From Gammaproteobacteria bacterium (GTDB lineage: Bacteria; Pseudomonadota; Gammaproteobacteria; Steroidobacterales; Foliamicaceae): DNA of 64,000 nucleotides. Every line of letters begins with the position of its first letter. Within the stretch, counting starts at the first letter, position 1. Below are positions 9,025 through 18,779 of this stretch, piece by piece. The translations under genes were made by a program, and so were the position numbers. The stretch lies in assembly GCA_963665145.1 (NCBI GenBank), contig OY762064.1, positions 2,790,382 through 2,854,381 of the forward strand, written 5' to 3'. The notes under the pieces were generated by a model, which worked only from the letters and a program-made list of their open reading frames with translations, searched no databases and was not told the origin of the DNA.

Positions 9025-11217
9025 TCAGAATGATGCGTGTACCTGGAATGCGATGGAACGTCCTTCTCCGGGGTAGCCAAGTGCCGCGCCGATGCCGCCG
9101 AAGTCCTTGCTGCGGTCGTTCAGTGACGTGAACCGTACCGAGTTCTGGTAATACTCCCGGTCCAGCAGATTGCGCACCACGACCGCCGCTTCCACGCCGT
9201 TCAAAAAGCGTATTCCGGCGCGAATATTGGCCAGCATGATGCTGCCCTGGCCCACTTCCACTTCGTTGAACTGGCTGTGATAGACCGTTGAACGGTAGGC
9301 AACCTGCGCCATCGCCGAGAACTCGCCGGGCCCAATGTCAGCGTTGTAGTTCAGCGTCGAAGTCAGCGAAAGTTCCGGCGCATTGACCATGTTGTTGCCG
9401 GACAGGTCGAGCACATTGGGCTGGCGGCCTGCCGGTGTGTCAATGAATCCGTAGCGGCTCAGGAACTCGTCATATTCGGCCTTCAGTGCCATCACGGAAC
9501 TGGTCCAGGTGAACTCGTCGGACAGCACCGCGGACACGTCCAGCTCCAGACCCGCCACCGTGGCCTCGGCAGCGTTGGTTACCACCACCGTGCCCTCGGA
9601 AAACGTGGATACCTGGAGGTCGGTGTAGTCATAGAGGAAGGCTGCTGCATTGACGATCGCCCGGCCGTCGCCCAGCGTGGACTTCCCGCCGACCTCGAAG
9701 CTCCAGAGGTGTTCAGGATCGAATGCCGCATCCCCGCTCAGCGAGTTGGTGCCCCCGGACTTGAAGCCGCGCGTAAGCGTTGTATAGACCATGATGTTGT
9801 CGCTGTAGTCGTACTTCAGTCCGAACTTGGGCGTGAAGGCATTCCAGTCGTCGACCGTCATCCGTGGCGGGAAGCTGAAGCTGAAGGCCCTGGGATCGCT
9901 GGCGCCGAACAGGCCGTCGAAGTTGCCGCCGGTCAATCCGCGCAGGTTCCAGTCGTCCTTCTCCTCGTTGCTGTAGCGAGCGCCCACGATGCCGTCCAGG
10001 CGGTCGCTCAGATGCCAGGTCAACTCGCCGAAGCCGGCCCAGGCGTCGGTCTTGTTGGTAGCGAAGATGTTGAACGCGCCGCCGAAGTTGATGCCCGGCA
10101 GACCGAAATCCTCTACCTTGTCCTCGGTGAAGTAATAGAGGCCGGCGATCCATTCGTAGTCGGGGCAGTCGCAGGCCAGGCGGATTTCCTCGGAGAACTG
10201 GTCGGTTTCGCGCTCGAAATGGGTCTGGGTGACGAAGATCTCGGTGCCGTCGGTGTTGAAGCGGAAGCTGTCCTCGAATTGCCGGTAGCCGGTAATCGAG
10301 GTCAGCGTCAGGCCGGTGCCCAGGTCCGCCGTCACTACGCCGGTAATTCCGCTGATGGTCCACTGCTGGAAGCTGTCCACCTCGTTGCGGGTCTGGTCGA
10401 AGTCCGGCAGGGGCATGGCGCCTTCGGCCGCCGAGCGGTGCAGGTTGCCGCGCGGGCGGATGGTGCGGTTGTCGCCGTCAAAATCGGTCCAGTCGCCGAC
10501 CAGTTTGACGGAAATCGTGTCGGACAGGGCGAACTTGACGGTGGCCCGCAGGGCGCTGGTTTCGCCGCCGTCCACTTCGTCCCCTCCCGTCGGGTCCAGG
10601 TCCTCGGTGAATCCGCCGTCTGAACCGTAACGCACGGCCAGGCGGAAGCCCGCGTTGTCGCCGATCGGGCCGCCGTAGGCTGCTTCGGCGTCGTAGCGGT
10701 TGAAGTTGCCGATCTTGAGGTTCACATAGCCTTCGGCTTCCTCGCCCGGCTCGCGGTGAATGACGTTGATCACGCCTGCTGTGGCATTACGGCCGTAGAG
10801 TGTGCCTTGCGGTCCGCGCAGGACCTCGACGCGCTCCACGTCCAGGAACTGGTTCAGGCCCATCTGCGCGCGGCCCTGGTAGACGCCGTCCTGGTGCACG
10901 GCCACGGAAGAGTCCTGGCCGATGCCGAAAAGGTTGGTGCCGACGCCGCGGATATAGAGCTGCGCCTCGCCGCCGGCGCGGCTGAACACCAGCGAAGGCA
11001 CGTCCAGGCTCAGGTCTTCGATCTCATCGAGCCCGCCGTTCTCCAGCATGTCGCCGCTAACGGCCGTGATGGCCAGGGCAGTGTCCTGGATCGACGCTTC
11101 CCGCTTCTCGGCGGTGACGATGATCTCTTCGAGTACGTTGTCCTGCGCCGCCAGACTGCCGGCGGCGATAAGTGCGATGGCGGTGGCTATAGGCCGCCGG
11201 AGAATGCCAATTTTCAT
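9025..11217 (-). CDS. TonB-dependent receptor
   Basis: Signal peptide, LEEIIVTAEKRE, ERVEVLRGPQGTLYGRN, C-terminal Phe. Confidence 0.93.
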   Translation of the reverse strand: MKIGILRRPIATAIALIAAGSLAAQDNVLEEIIVTAEKREASIQDTALAITAVSGDMLENGGLDEIEDLSLDVPSLVFSRAGGEAQLYIRGVGTNLFGIGQDSSVAVHQDGVYQGRAQMGLNQFLDVERVEVLRGPQGTLYGRNATAGVINVIHREPGEEAEGYVNLKIGNFNRYDAEAAYGGPIGDNAGFRLAVRYGSDGGFTEDLDPTGGDEVDGGETSALRATVKFALSDTISVKLVGDWTDFDGDNRTIRPRGNLHRSAAEGAMPLPDFDQTRNEVDSFQQWTISGITGVVTADLGTGLTLTSITGYRQFEDSFRFNTDGTEIFVTQTHFERETDQFSEEIRLACDCPDYEWIAGLYYFTEDKVEDFGLPGINFGGAFNIFATNKTDAWAGFGELTWHLSDRLDGIVGARYSNEEKDDWNLRGLTGGNFDGLFGASDPRAFSFSFPPRMTVDDWNAFTPKFGLKYDYSDNIMVYTTLTRGFKSGGTNSLSGDAAFDPEHLWSFEVGGKSTLGDGRAIVNAAAFLYDYTDLQVSTFSEGTVVVTNAAEATVAGLELDVSAVLSDEFTWTSSVMALKAEYDEFLSRYGFIDTPAGRQPNVLDLSGNNMVNAPELSLTSTLNYNADIGPGEFSAMAQVAYRSTVYHSQFNEVEVGQGSIMLANIRAGIRFLNGVEAAVVVRNLLDREYYQNSVRFTSLNDRSKDFGGIGAALGYPGEGRSIAFQVHASF

Positions 11218-11313
11218 GCAAGAACCTCGTGCATTGTTTAGCGGGAAAAAAGGGCGGCCCCGCGTGCCACCCCGATTCTTAAGAATGATACCGCAATCCC
11301 TCGGTTCCGGAAA

Positions 11314-12021
11314 TCAGGGGACGGTGAGATCTACCTTGCCATGCTTGCGGAAGGCGGCAGCAACACGGTCGAACACTACCCCCACGCGGATTACGGAGAA
11401 GTCGCGGAAATCGATGATGGTGCTGGAATGCCCCTGCGGGTTGGCGTATTTCGACAGTCCGTAGTCGAAAAAAACGGTAGCTGCTTCGCGTACCGGCGCC
11501 TCGATGTCCTCGTAACGGTATTTCGAGCCCTGCAGCGAGGTGTTCGCCGACGAACCGAACACTGGCATGCCGCGCTCCCAGGACTGGCGGGCGATCTCGT
11601 TGTGAAACTGCCCGGCATTGAGCAGCATGTCCATGGTCCCGGCCCTGGTCGAGGACTGCATCACGAATGGTTCGGTTCGGGCGAAGAATTCGTGTTCGAC
11701 ATGAAATGGCGCCACGATGGAGAAAGGGATGTCTTCCTCGCGCACGATGGTCTCGGCCAGATCGTGCTTCCAGTCGTCCATGATGTGGATGGCCCGGCTC
11801 ATCGTGACGTTGGCGAACAGGCCGCCGGGTTTCTCGTAACTCCGCTTCTTGGCTGCGTAAATCCGGCGGATGCCGGTCTCGGTACAGGCGTTGACTGCAT
11901 AGGCGACGTCCAGTGGTGCAATGGCAACCTCGCCGGCTGCAATCGTGTCCAGCAGCAGCATTACGTCGTCCTGCAGTTGCCCGGCAGGGACCGGATCGGC
12001 GGTGGTGCGTTCTTTGTCCAT
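11314..12021 (-). CDS. Sua5/YciO/YrdC (TsaC)-fold protein, divergent paralog
   Basis: IYAAKKR (KxR), SSAN (SxN) and SSTIID...IRVG motifs. The canonical PTETVYG is replaced by PLDVAYA. Confidence 0.75.
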   Translation of the reverse strand: MDKERTTADPVPAGQLQDDVMLLLDTIAAGEVAIAPLDVAYAVNACTETGIRRIYAAKKRSYEKPGGLFANVTMSRAIHIMDDWKHDLAETIVREEDIPFSIVAPFHVEHEFFARTEPFVMQSSTRAGTMDMLLNAGQFHNEIARQSWERGMPVFGSSANTSLQGSKYRYEDIEAPVREAATVFFDYGLSKYANPQGHSSTIIDFRDFSVIRVGVVFDRVAAAFRKHGKVDLTVP

Positions 12022-12029
12022 AATAGAAG

Positions 12030-13406
12030 TTAGCTACAGAAGGGTTCAAGAAGAGGGTTGATTCGGCGAAGTTGCCCGAGGTTATCAAGAGTAGAGGCAA
12101 CCTGGGCGGCGTTGATGTCGTTTTCGCCGGCGGTAAGACTCTCGAACTTGGAGATCAGGTCTTCGCGCCCCATCGGGTTGGCCGGCGTGCCCAGGCTGTC
12201 GAGTATGTCCGAGCGGCGGCTGCGGCCGTTTCGCGTCTTGAGTTCCAGCCAGCTGCCGAAATGCGAGGGGAAAGCCGCCTGCATGTCGGGGTCGGCTACG
12301 GCCTCCACGCGATCCGCGATTGCCAGCGTGCGGCTGTCGTTGAGCGCATCGCCCATGAACCCGGCCACCGAACTCGGGCCGTAGTAGAGCGCCGCGCCCA
12401 GCGTGAACGGCAGGCTGTATTGGGCGGCCATCTCGGAGGTGGGGCGGCGCAGCATGTGCTGGGTGACCATGATGTCGGGCCCGCCCACCACGATCGAATC
12501 GATGGCCGCGGGATCAAGGCTGAAATCTTCGGTGACCTCGGCCAGCGCGTCCAGCGTGGAGTGAAACAAGCGGCAGCAGGGGTAGGGCTTGTAACTGATG
12601 CGGTGAATCTCCGGACCGTCGGGATGGGGACGGTTCAGCCGTTCGGGATCGGAATCAGCGCCGAAATTGGCGATCAACCCGTAGCGGCCTTCGAGCGCCT
12701 GCTCCGGGCCGGCGATGCCGAGCGCGGCATGTTCGGCCGCCATTACGCCGTGCAGGGCCGCGTAGCCGCCGTGCAGGCGTTTCACTGTGGTGCCTTCGGG
12801 TTCCTGGCTGAACTGCATCGATCCGCCGGCCATCGAGAGCATCAGTCCCCAGGCGCGCGCCAGTTCCTTCGGCGACAGGCGCAACAGGACGGCAGCCGCT
12901 GCCGCCGCACCGAAACCGACGAACAGGCTGGTGGGATGAAAACCCAGCTCGATGGTCTCGGCCGCGTTGGTGGCCGCGCCCACGCGGCCGACCGCTTCGT
13001 AACCGGCGCAGATCGCTGCGGCCAGGCTTTGGCCATCGAGGCCGTGATGGGAGCCCAGCGCCAGGCTGGAGGCAATGACTGCGGCGCCCGGATGGCTGAC
13101 CGACTCGTCGTGGGTGTCGTCGAGCTCCAGCCCGTGGGCCGATGTGGCGTTGACGAAGGCCGCAAGGGCCGGGGCCAAACGGGTTTGCGACGCCAACAGC
13201 GGTGCGTTCCCCGAGCCGGCGTGGGGGGCCGCCCATTCGTGCAGCCGCCGGCCCCAGGCCAGTAGCGAGCCGGCGTAGCAGCAGCCGAGGTGATCGAGGA
13301 CCAGGTTCTGGATCTGCCCAAGGTCGCGTTCGCCCAGGGGCGTGTCGCCGATCGACAGAAGCTCCTCCGCCAGCGCCAGGCTGCGTCCGTCGCCGGGATT
13401 GCTCAC
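12030..13406 (-). CDS. MmgE/PrpD family protein
   Basis: AHGLELDDTH...HPG, GFHPT, KRLHGG and KPYPCC motifs. Confidence 0.9.
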   Translation of the reverse strand: MSNPGDGRSLALAEELLSIGDTPLGERDLGQIQNLVLDHLGCCYAGSLLAWGRRLHEWAAPHAGSGNAPLLASQTRLAPALAAFVNATSAHGLELDDTHDESVSHPGAAVIASSLALGSHHGLDGQSLAAAICAGYEAVGRVGAATNAAETIELGFHPTSLFVGFGAAAAAAVLLRLSPKELARAWGLMLSMAGGSMQFSQEPEGTTVKRLHGGYAALHGVMAAEHAALGIAGPEQALEGRYGLIANFGADSDPERLNRPHPDGPEIHRISYKPYPCCRLFHSTLDALAEVTEDFSLDPAAIDSIVVGGPDIMVTQHMLRRPTSEMAAQYSLPFTLGAALYYGPSSVAGFMGDALNDSRTLAIADRVEAVADPDMQAAFPSHFGSWLELKTRNGRSRRSDILDSLGTPANPMGREDLISKFESLTAGENDINAAQVASTLDNLGQLRRINPLLEPFCS

Positions 13407-15247
13407 TTTGCGGTCTCCCCACCCAGGCTGCGCCGCAGCGCTTCGGTGGCTTCAAGGTCGGGCCCGCCGTTGTCCGGGTCGACCACCACGCCGTAGCTGT
13501 CCCGCGCCTCGGCCGCGGTCAGCAGCCCGTCGAGAACATCGTGCGCCACCCGGGCCGGGTCGCGCTCGAGCGGGTTGCCGTAACCGCCTGCGGATACCAG
13601 CGTGATCTCCAGCCGGTCGCCGGCCGCGAATCGGGCATGCGATACCTTCGCCGGAAGTTCCTGTTCCTCGGGCGTGTTCGGATTTACTTTCACCTGCCCC
13701 GGCAGGCCATTCGCGCCGCCGAAAATACCCTGTGGCGGGTCGTCCGAGCGGTTGTCGCCGGTAGAACTGACCGCAGCATCCTTCAGGAAACGCCAGGTCT
13801 TGATTGCGCCCATGCCGCCGCGCCAGCGCCCGGCGGCCGGCGCTTCGTCGCGCAACTCGTAACGCTCGCAAAGCATCGGCACCGACAGCTCCATCTCCTC
13901 CAGCGGGTTGTTGCGCGTGTTCGCCATCAGCGTATCGACCGAATCCAGACCGTCGCGTCCGTGCCGCCCGCCATACGAGCCCTCGTTGATCTCCACGTTG
14001 ATCTGGTACTTGCCCTGGTGCGACTCGAAGGAATACACGAAGCAGGACACGTTGGCGGAGTTGCCGCCCGTCACTCGCTGCGGCAGGGCGCCGCTCAGCG
14101 CCCGCAGGACCTGGTCGGGAATGCGGTTGATCTGGGTGAAGCGCGCCTCGCAGCCGCGCGGGTAGATCGGATTGAAGATACTGCCCTTGGGCGCGTGGGC
14201 GAAAACCGGGCGAAATACGCCGTCATTCTGGGGAACGCCGGCACCCTCGCCGATCTCGTCCAGAAGCAGGGCGCGGACCGCGAAGTTCACTGCCGGAAGC
14301 ACGCTGCCTTCGAACGGGCAGTTGAAGCCCGTGGTGGTTTGCGGTGTCGAACCTGTCAGGTCAACGCAAATATCGCTGCCGCGCACGATCACCCGGGTGG
14401 CGATCTTCAGCGGGATGCCGAAGTGCTTGCCATCGTCCTCCAGCCACGCGTCAGGCGCCGCGTAATCGCCGTCGGGCAAACGCTCGATGCAAGCGCGCAT
14501 GCGGCGTTCGGCGTAGCTCATCCATTCTTCGGCGGCGCTCATCACGCGATCCAGGCCATGTTTGGCCACCAGCCCCGCGAAGCGCCTCTCGCCCAGCTTG
14601 CAGCAGGCGATCATCGCTTCGAGATCGCCGGCGTTGGCGTCCGGTGTTCGCACGTTGTCCATGATCAGCGACCAGAGATCCTCGCGGCGCTCGCCGGCGG
14701 CGTGAAGCTTCACTGCGTCGAGGATCTGGCCCTCGGCAAAGAAATCCGGGACGTCCACGGAAAAACCCGGATCGGCGGCCCCGATGTCCACCATGTGGCC
14801 GGTGCAGCCGGCAAACCCGATGTGCACGTCGCCCACGAATACCGGCAGCAGCACGCCGTAGTCCGGGCTGTGCGAGGCGCCGTGGTAGGGGTGGTTGTGC
14901 AGGTAGATGTCGCCGGGCTGATAGCTTCCCCGGTGCTTGCGGTCGATGCCGCGCACATAGGCCGGCAGGGAGCCGCAATGCATCGGCGTGGAATCGCTCT
15001 CGCACAGTTGCCGGCCGTCGAAATCCAGCAGCGCGGCGCCGATGTCGCGCGATTCGCGCATCACGCTGGAGTAAGCCATGCGAACCAGCAGTTCGGCCAT
15101 CTCGTGGGCGATGGACTGCAGCGCGCCGCCGATTACCTGCAGCGATACCGGGTCCACCTCCACCTTGTTCCAGCGCCGCTCGGAGTGGGTGCCCAGGCCC
15201 GTGCTGCGCGCCTGGTCCAGTCCGGGCCAGAAATCTTTGGCGTTCAT
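13403..15247 (-). CDS. Hydantoinase B/oxoprolinase family subunit (HyuB-like)
   Basis: ATGA overlap with hyuA. AYSSVMRESRD, HPYHGASHSPD, GHMVDIG, GRWRGGMG and GGYGNPLERDP motifs. Confidence 0.9.
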   Translation of the reverse strand: MNAKDFWPGLDQARSTGLGTHSERRWNKVEVDPVSLQVIGGALQSIAHEMAELLVRMAYSSVMRESRDIGAALLDFDGRQLCESDSTPMHCGSLPAYVRGIDRKHRGSYQPGDIYLHNHPYHGASHSPDYGVLLPVFVGDVHIGFAGCTGHMVDIGAADPGFSVDVPDFFAEGQILDAVKLHAAGERREDLWSLIMDNVRTPDANAGDLEAMIACCKLGERRFAGLVAKHGLDRVMSAAEEWMSYAERRMRACIERLPDGDYAAPDAWLEDDGKHFGIPLKIATRVIVRGSDICVDLTGSTPQTTTGFNCPFEGSVLPAVNFAVRALLLDEIGEGAGVPQNDGVFRPVFAHAPKGSIFNPIYPRGCEARFTQINRIPDQVLRALSGALPQRVTGGNSANVSCFVYSFESHQGKYQINVEINEGSYGGRHGRDGLDSVDTLMANTRNNPLEEMELSVPMLCERYELRDEAPAAGRWRGGMGAIKTWRFLKDAAVSSTGDNRSDDPPQGIFGGANGLPGQVKVNPNTPEEQELPAKVSHARFAAGDRLEITLVSAGGYGNPLERDPARVAHDVLDGLLTAAEARDSYGVVVDPDNGGPDLEATEALRRSLGGETAK

Positions 15248-17313
15248 GGTGCGGGAGTGAGAAGGAGGTTGGAAAAGCGGTCCACGCGTGCCTGCCAACC
15301 CGGTGGGATGGCAGTTGTGGCGTCGGCCTGCTCGACGATGGCCGGTCCCTGGATACGATGGCCGGGATTAAGGCTGTCACGGTGATAGAACGCCGTGGGC
15401 CGGGGCTCTTCGGCGCCCGGAAACAGACAGGGAGCCGTCAAGGTGGCTTGCGCGGCCGTGTCTGCGGTTTCCGCAAGCTGTTGCGAAACCAGCGGTTTTG
15501 CGGCTACATAGGCGGAAACGCCCAGATTGATCACCCGCACTGGCATGTCCGGGTAGGCGCGAAGGTAGGCGCGCTGGTGTTCGGCATCAAAACGCTCGCG
15601 AAGCGAATCCGCCCAGCCATAATTGATTTCGCCGGCGGGAGTTTCCACGGCAAGCTCGTTGCCTTGGCCGGCATAGCGGCACTCCGCCCAGCGACGCAGC
15701 TGCACTTCGCCGGCCTCGAATCCGTCGCCCGCGAGGCGATCTCCGGCCTCGCGGCTCATGTTATCGAAAAGGCCCGATACGGCCGCGTAATCCAACTCGT
15801 CCAGTTCCCCCCACAAGGTAGCCTTGAACTCATAGCGCACCTGCGCGCTCAACAGCCCGCCGGCTGCGCCTACGCCGGGGTGCGGCGGAACCAGTACCTC
15901 GCCGATGGAAAGCACCTCCGCCACCGGTGCAGCGAACGCCCCGCCTGCGCCACCATAGGCTACCAGCGTGAATTCGCGCGGGTCAAAACCCTTGGAGACG
16001 CTGGCCACGCGCATGGCCTCGACCATGTTGTTCACCGCGATATCGAATATTCCAAGCGCTGCCTTCTCCAGCGGCAGTTCGAGCGGCTCGGCGATGTGCC
16101 GGCGGATCGCCCGTTCCGCTTCTTGCGGCGCCAGCGTCGGAACGGCCCCGGACAGGTGCTCGGGGCGATACCAGCCGGCCACGACCAGTGCGTCGGTCAC
16201 CGTAGGCTGCTCGCCACCCTTGCCGTAGCAGGCCGGGCCGGGATCGGCGCCGGCGCTCTGCGGCCCCACCCGGAACATGCCCTCGGCGTCCAGCCAGGCG
16301 ATCGACCCGCCGCCGGCGCCCAGCGTCGATATGTCGACCATCGGTGTCATCACGTCGTACTCGCCGACGTGGGTATCGAGAAGGCTGCGCATGCGCATTT
16401 CGCCGCCGGGAGCGACGCCGATGTCCGCGGAGGTGCCGCCGACGTCCAGCGTCATTACGTTTTCCCGGCCGATCTCTCTGGCCGCCTCGATGCCGGCAAT
16501 CAATGCTCCCACCGGTCCGGAAAGCAACAGGTTGACCGGGCGGCGTTCGGCCTCAGCGGGTGCAACCATGCCGCCGCTGGAGGTCATCAGGCGCAGCTGC
16601 GCCGGCACGCCGGCCTGCTCAAGGGCCTGGGCGAAGCGGCGGATGTAGCGGCCGGTCACCGGACCCACGTAGGCATTCATCGCGGTGGTCGAAAAACGCT
16701 CGTATTCCCGCACCAGCGGGACGATCTCATGACTTGCGGTCACATAGGCTTGAGGGAATTCGCGGCGGGCGATTTCTGCGATGCGTTTCTCGTGCGCCGG
16801 ATTGAGAAACGAGAACAGGCAGCACACGGCGATCGCTTCGACGCCTTGCTCCTTGAGCTGCTTGATGGCCGCCAGAACGTCGTCCTCGCGCAGCGGCACT
16901 TCCACTTCGCCCTCGGGCGCGCGAATCCGCTCACGGACCGTCATCCGCCAGCGGCGCGGCGCCAGCGGCCGGCTCTGGCGGGCGATTTCCTGGTAATGCG
17001 AGAAGTTGTAGGGACGGTCCTTGCGACCGATGTGCAGGACGTCGCGAAAACCCCGGGTTGTAATCAGACCGGTCCTGGCGCCCTTGCGCTCCAGCAGCGC
17101 GTTGGTCGCAACCGTGGTGCCGTGGCAGCAGAACTCCACGTCGGAGAAGTCAAGTCCGGCCTTTTGCAGCAGTTCCTCGGCACCCTCCATGGCGGCGCGG
17201 GCCGGATCGTCGGGCGTGGAGGCCAGCTTGTGGGTTGCCAGCACGCGTCCGTCGCGGTCGGCGGCGATGAGGTCGGTAAACGTCCCGCCGATGTCGATGC
17301 CGATTCGCGCCAA
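15244..17313 (-). CDS. Hydantoinase A/oxoprolinase family subunit (HyuA-like, ATP-binding)
   Basis: GIDIGGTFTD, HGTTVATN, LSGPVG, DVGGTSADI, GAGGGSIA and GPQSAGADPGPACY motifs. Confidence 0.93.
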   Translation of the reverse strand: MARIGIDIGGTFTDLIAADRDGRVLATHKLASTPDDPARAAMEGAEELLQKAGLDFSDVEFCCHGTTVATNALLERKGARTGLITTRGFRDVLHIGRKDRPYNFSHYQEIARQSRPLAPRRWRMTVRERIRAPEGEVEVPLREDDVLAAIKQLKEQGVEAIAVCCLFSFLNPAHEKRIAEIARREFPQAYVTASHEIVPLVREYERFSTTAMNAYVGPVTGRYIRRFAQALEQAGVPAQLRLMTSSGGMVAPAEAERRPVNLLLSGPVGALIAGIEAAREIGRENVMTLDVGGTSADIGVAPGGEMRMRSLLDTHVGEYDVMTPMVDISTLGAGGGSIAWLDAEGMFRVGPQSAGADPGPACYGKGGEQPTVTDALVVAGWYRPEHLSGAVPTLAPQEAERAIRRHIAEPLELPLEKAALGIFDIAVNNMVEAMRVASVSKGFDPREFTLVAYGGAGGAFAAPVAEVLSIGEVLVPPHPGVGAAGGLLSAQVRYEFKATLWGELDELDYAAVSGLFDNMSREAGDRLAGDGFEAGEVQLRRWAECRYAGQGNELAVETPAGEINYGWADSLRERFDAEHQRAYLRAYPDMPVRVINLGVSAYVAAKPLVSQQLAETADTAAQATLTAPCLFPGAEEPRPTAFYHRDSLNPGHRIQGPAIVEQADATTAIPPGWQARVDRFSNLLLTPAP

Positions 17314-17396
17314 GTTGCCCGCGCCTCTTCGCGCGCCAGGAGAAAGACGGCGGATTTTCTCATACCATCCAGGAAACGTGTATCGTTCGTCCGGCT

Positions 17397-18779
17397 ATGG
17401 GCGCACTCACCGAATCGCTCCTCGATTTCCTGTGTGGAGACCTGCCCGGCCAGGCGCCGGAACAGGCACGCGGTCTGGCTGTTACCGGCTTCATCGATTG
17501 CCTGGGCGTGGCGCTGGCCGGCGCCGATCAGCCTGTGACGCGCAACCTGTTGCAGGCCGAGCCCGGGGGCAGGGCAGAGTCCCGCGTTCTGCTCAGCGCC
17601 TTGCGTTTGCCGGCTCAATCCTCCGCCCTGATCGGTTCGGCGGCGGCACACGCAATGGATCTGGACGACTATGCCTTTGCCAATCACACCAGCGCCGTGC
17701 TGGTTCCGCCGGTCCTGGCGGAGGCCGAAGTAATCGGCGCGTCGGGCGCGCGCATGGTCGGCGCTTACCTCGCGGGATTCGAAGTCTGGAGCGTCCTGGC
17801 GCGGCGCGAGCGGGACTATATGCAGGGGGCGGGATGGCACCCCACCGGGGTCTACGGTCCGGTCGGTGCCGCTGCGGCGCTTTGCTGGCTACGGGGAATG
17901 TCCCGCGAAGAAACCCGCAATGCCCTGGGACTGGCCGCCGCTGCCGGAGGCGGCGTGATGGACAACTTCGGGACCCAGGCCAAGCCGTACCAGGCGGCAC
18001 GGGCCGCCGAAGCCGGTCTTGTCGCGGTGCGGCGGGCTCTGGCTGGTCTGGATGCAGGTCCGGACGCTCTGGACGGGGCCGGTGGCTTTCTTCGGGTGAT
18101 TTCGCCATCCGGCAGAGTGGATCGCGATTCTCCGGCGCAAGACCTTGGCAAGGACTGGTACATGGCCCGGCATGGCCTGAACATCAAGCGCTATCCGGTG
18201 GTGGGAGCCGCACAACGTTGCGTGGATGCGGCGCTACAGTTACGGGCGGATCATGAGTTCGATTGCGCAAGAATCGAACGGGTCACGGCGCGAATCAGCG
18301 AAGCGCACTCGTCGGTCATGCAGTTCCGCTTGCCATCCGACGCCATGCAGGCGAAGTTCAGCCTGGAATTCGCGGTTGCCGCCGCGTTGCTGTTCGGGCG
18401 GCTGGGCCTTTCTGAAATGCGCGATGACTGCGTGCGAAGTGATGACGTGCAGGCGCTCATGAAGCGCGTGCGACGCGTGGAGGGAGCGGATGACGACCCC
18501 GTTTACCCGGTGGGCGCTCGTTATGACACGGTTGGCGTTCAATTGACTGGCGGCAACGAGGTCGTCAGCGAGTGGGTTTATCGCTACCGCGGGCACGGGC
18601 AGAATCCGCTTTCGCGCGACGAGTTGCGCGAGAAGTTCATGGAATGCGCCACTCCCGCGTCGGAAGGTAGGATGTCCTCCCTTTCAGTGGCAGAGGAGTT
18701 GTTTGAGCGGCTGGAGCGCCTGGAAGAACTGACAGGCGTGCAGGAACTGCCGGAACTACCCCTTTTCGGGACGCATTAG
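17397..18779 (+). CDS. MmgE/PrpD family protein (second, divergently transcribed)
   Basis: AHAMDLDD, GWHPT, NFGTQAKP, IKRYP and AKFSLEF motifs. Confidence 0.88.
   Translation: MGALTESLLDFLCGDLPGQAPEQARGLAVTGFIDCLGVALAGADQPVTRNLLQAEPGGRAESRVLLSALRLPAQSSALIGSAAAHAMDLDDYAFANHTSAVLVPPVLAEAEVIGASGARMVGAYLAGFEVWSVLARRERDYMQGAGWHPTGVYGPVGAAAALCWLRGMSREETRNALGLAAAAGGGVMDNFGTQAKPYQAARAAEAGLVAVRRALAGLDAGPDALDGAGGFLRVISPSGRVDRDSPAQDLGKDWYMARHGLNIKRYPVVGAAQRCVDAALQLRADHEFDCARIERVTARISEAHSSVMQFRLPSDAMQAKFSLEFAVAAALLFGRLGLSEMRDDCVRSDDVQALMKRVRRVEGADDDPVYPVGARYDTVGVQLTGGNEVVSEWVYRYRGHGQNPLSRDELREKFMECATPASEGRMSSLSVAEELFERLERLEELTGVQELPELPLFGTH

Noticed and set aside
13202-17538. Long plus-strand ORFs (727 and 726 aa) antisense to hyuB and hyuA
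   Set aside because: No recognisable motifs; they are the expected shadow frames of GC-rich coding sequence.
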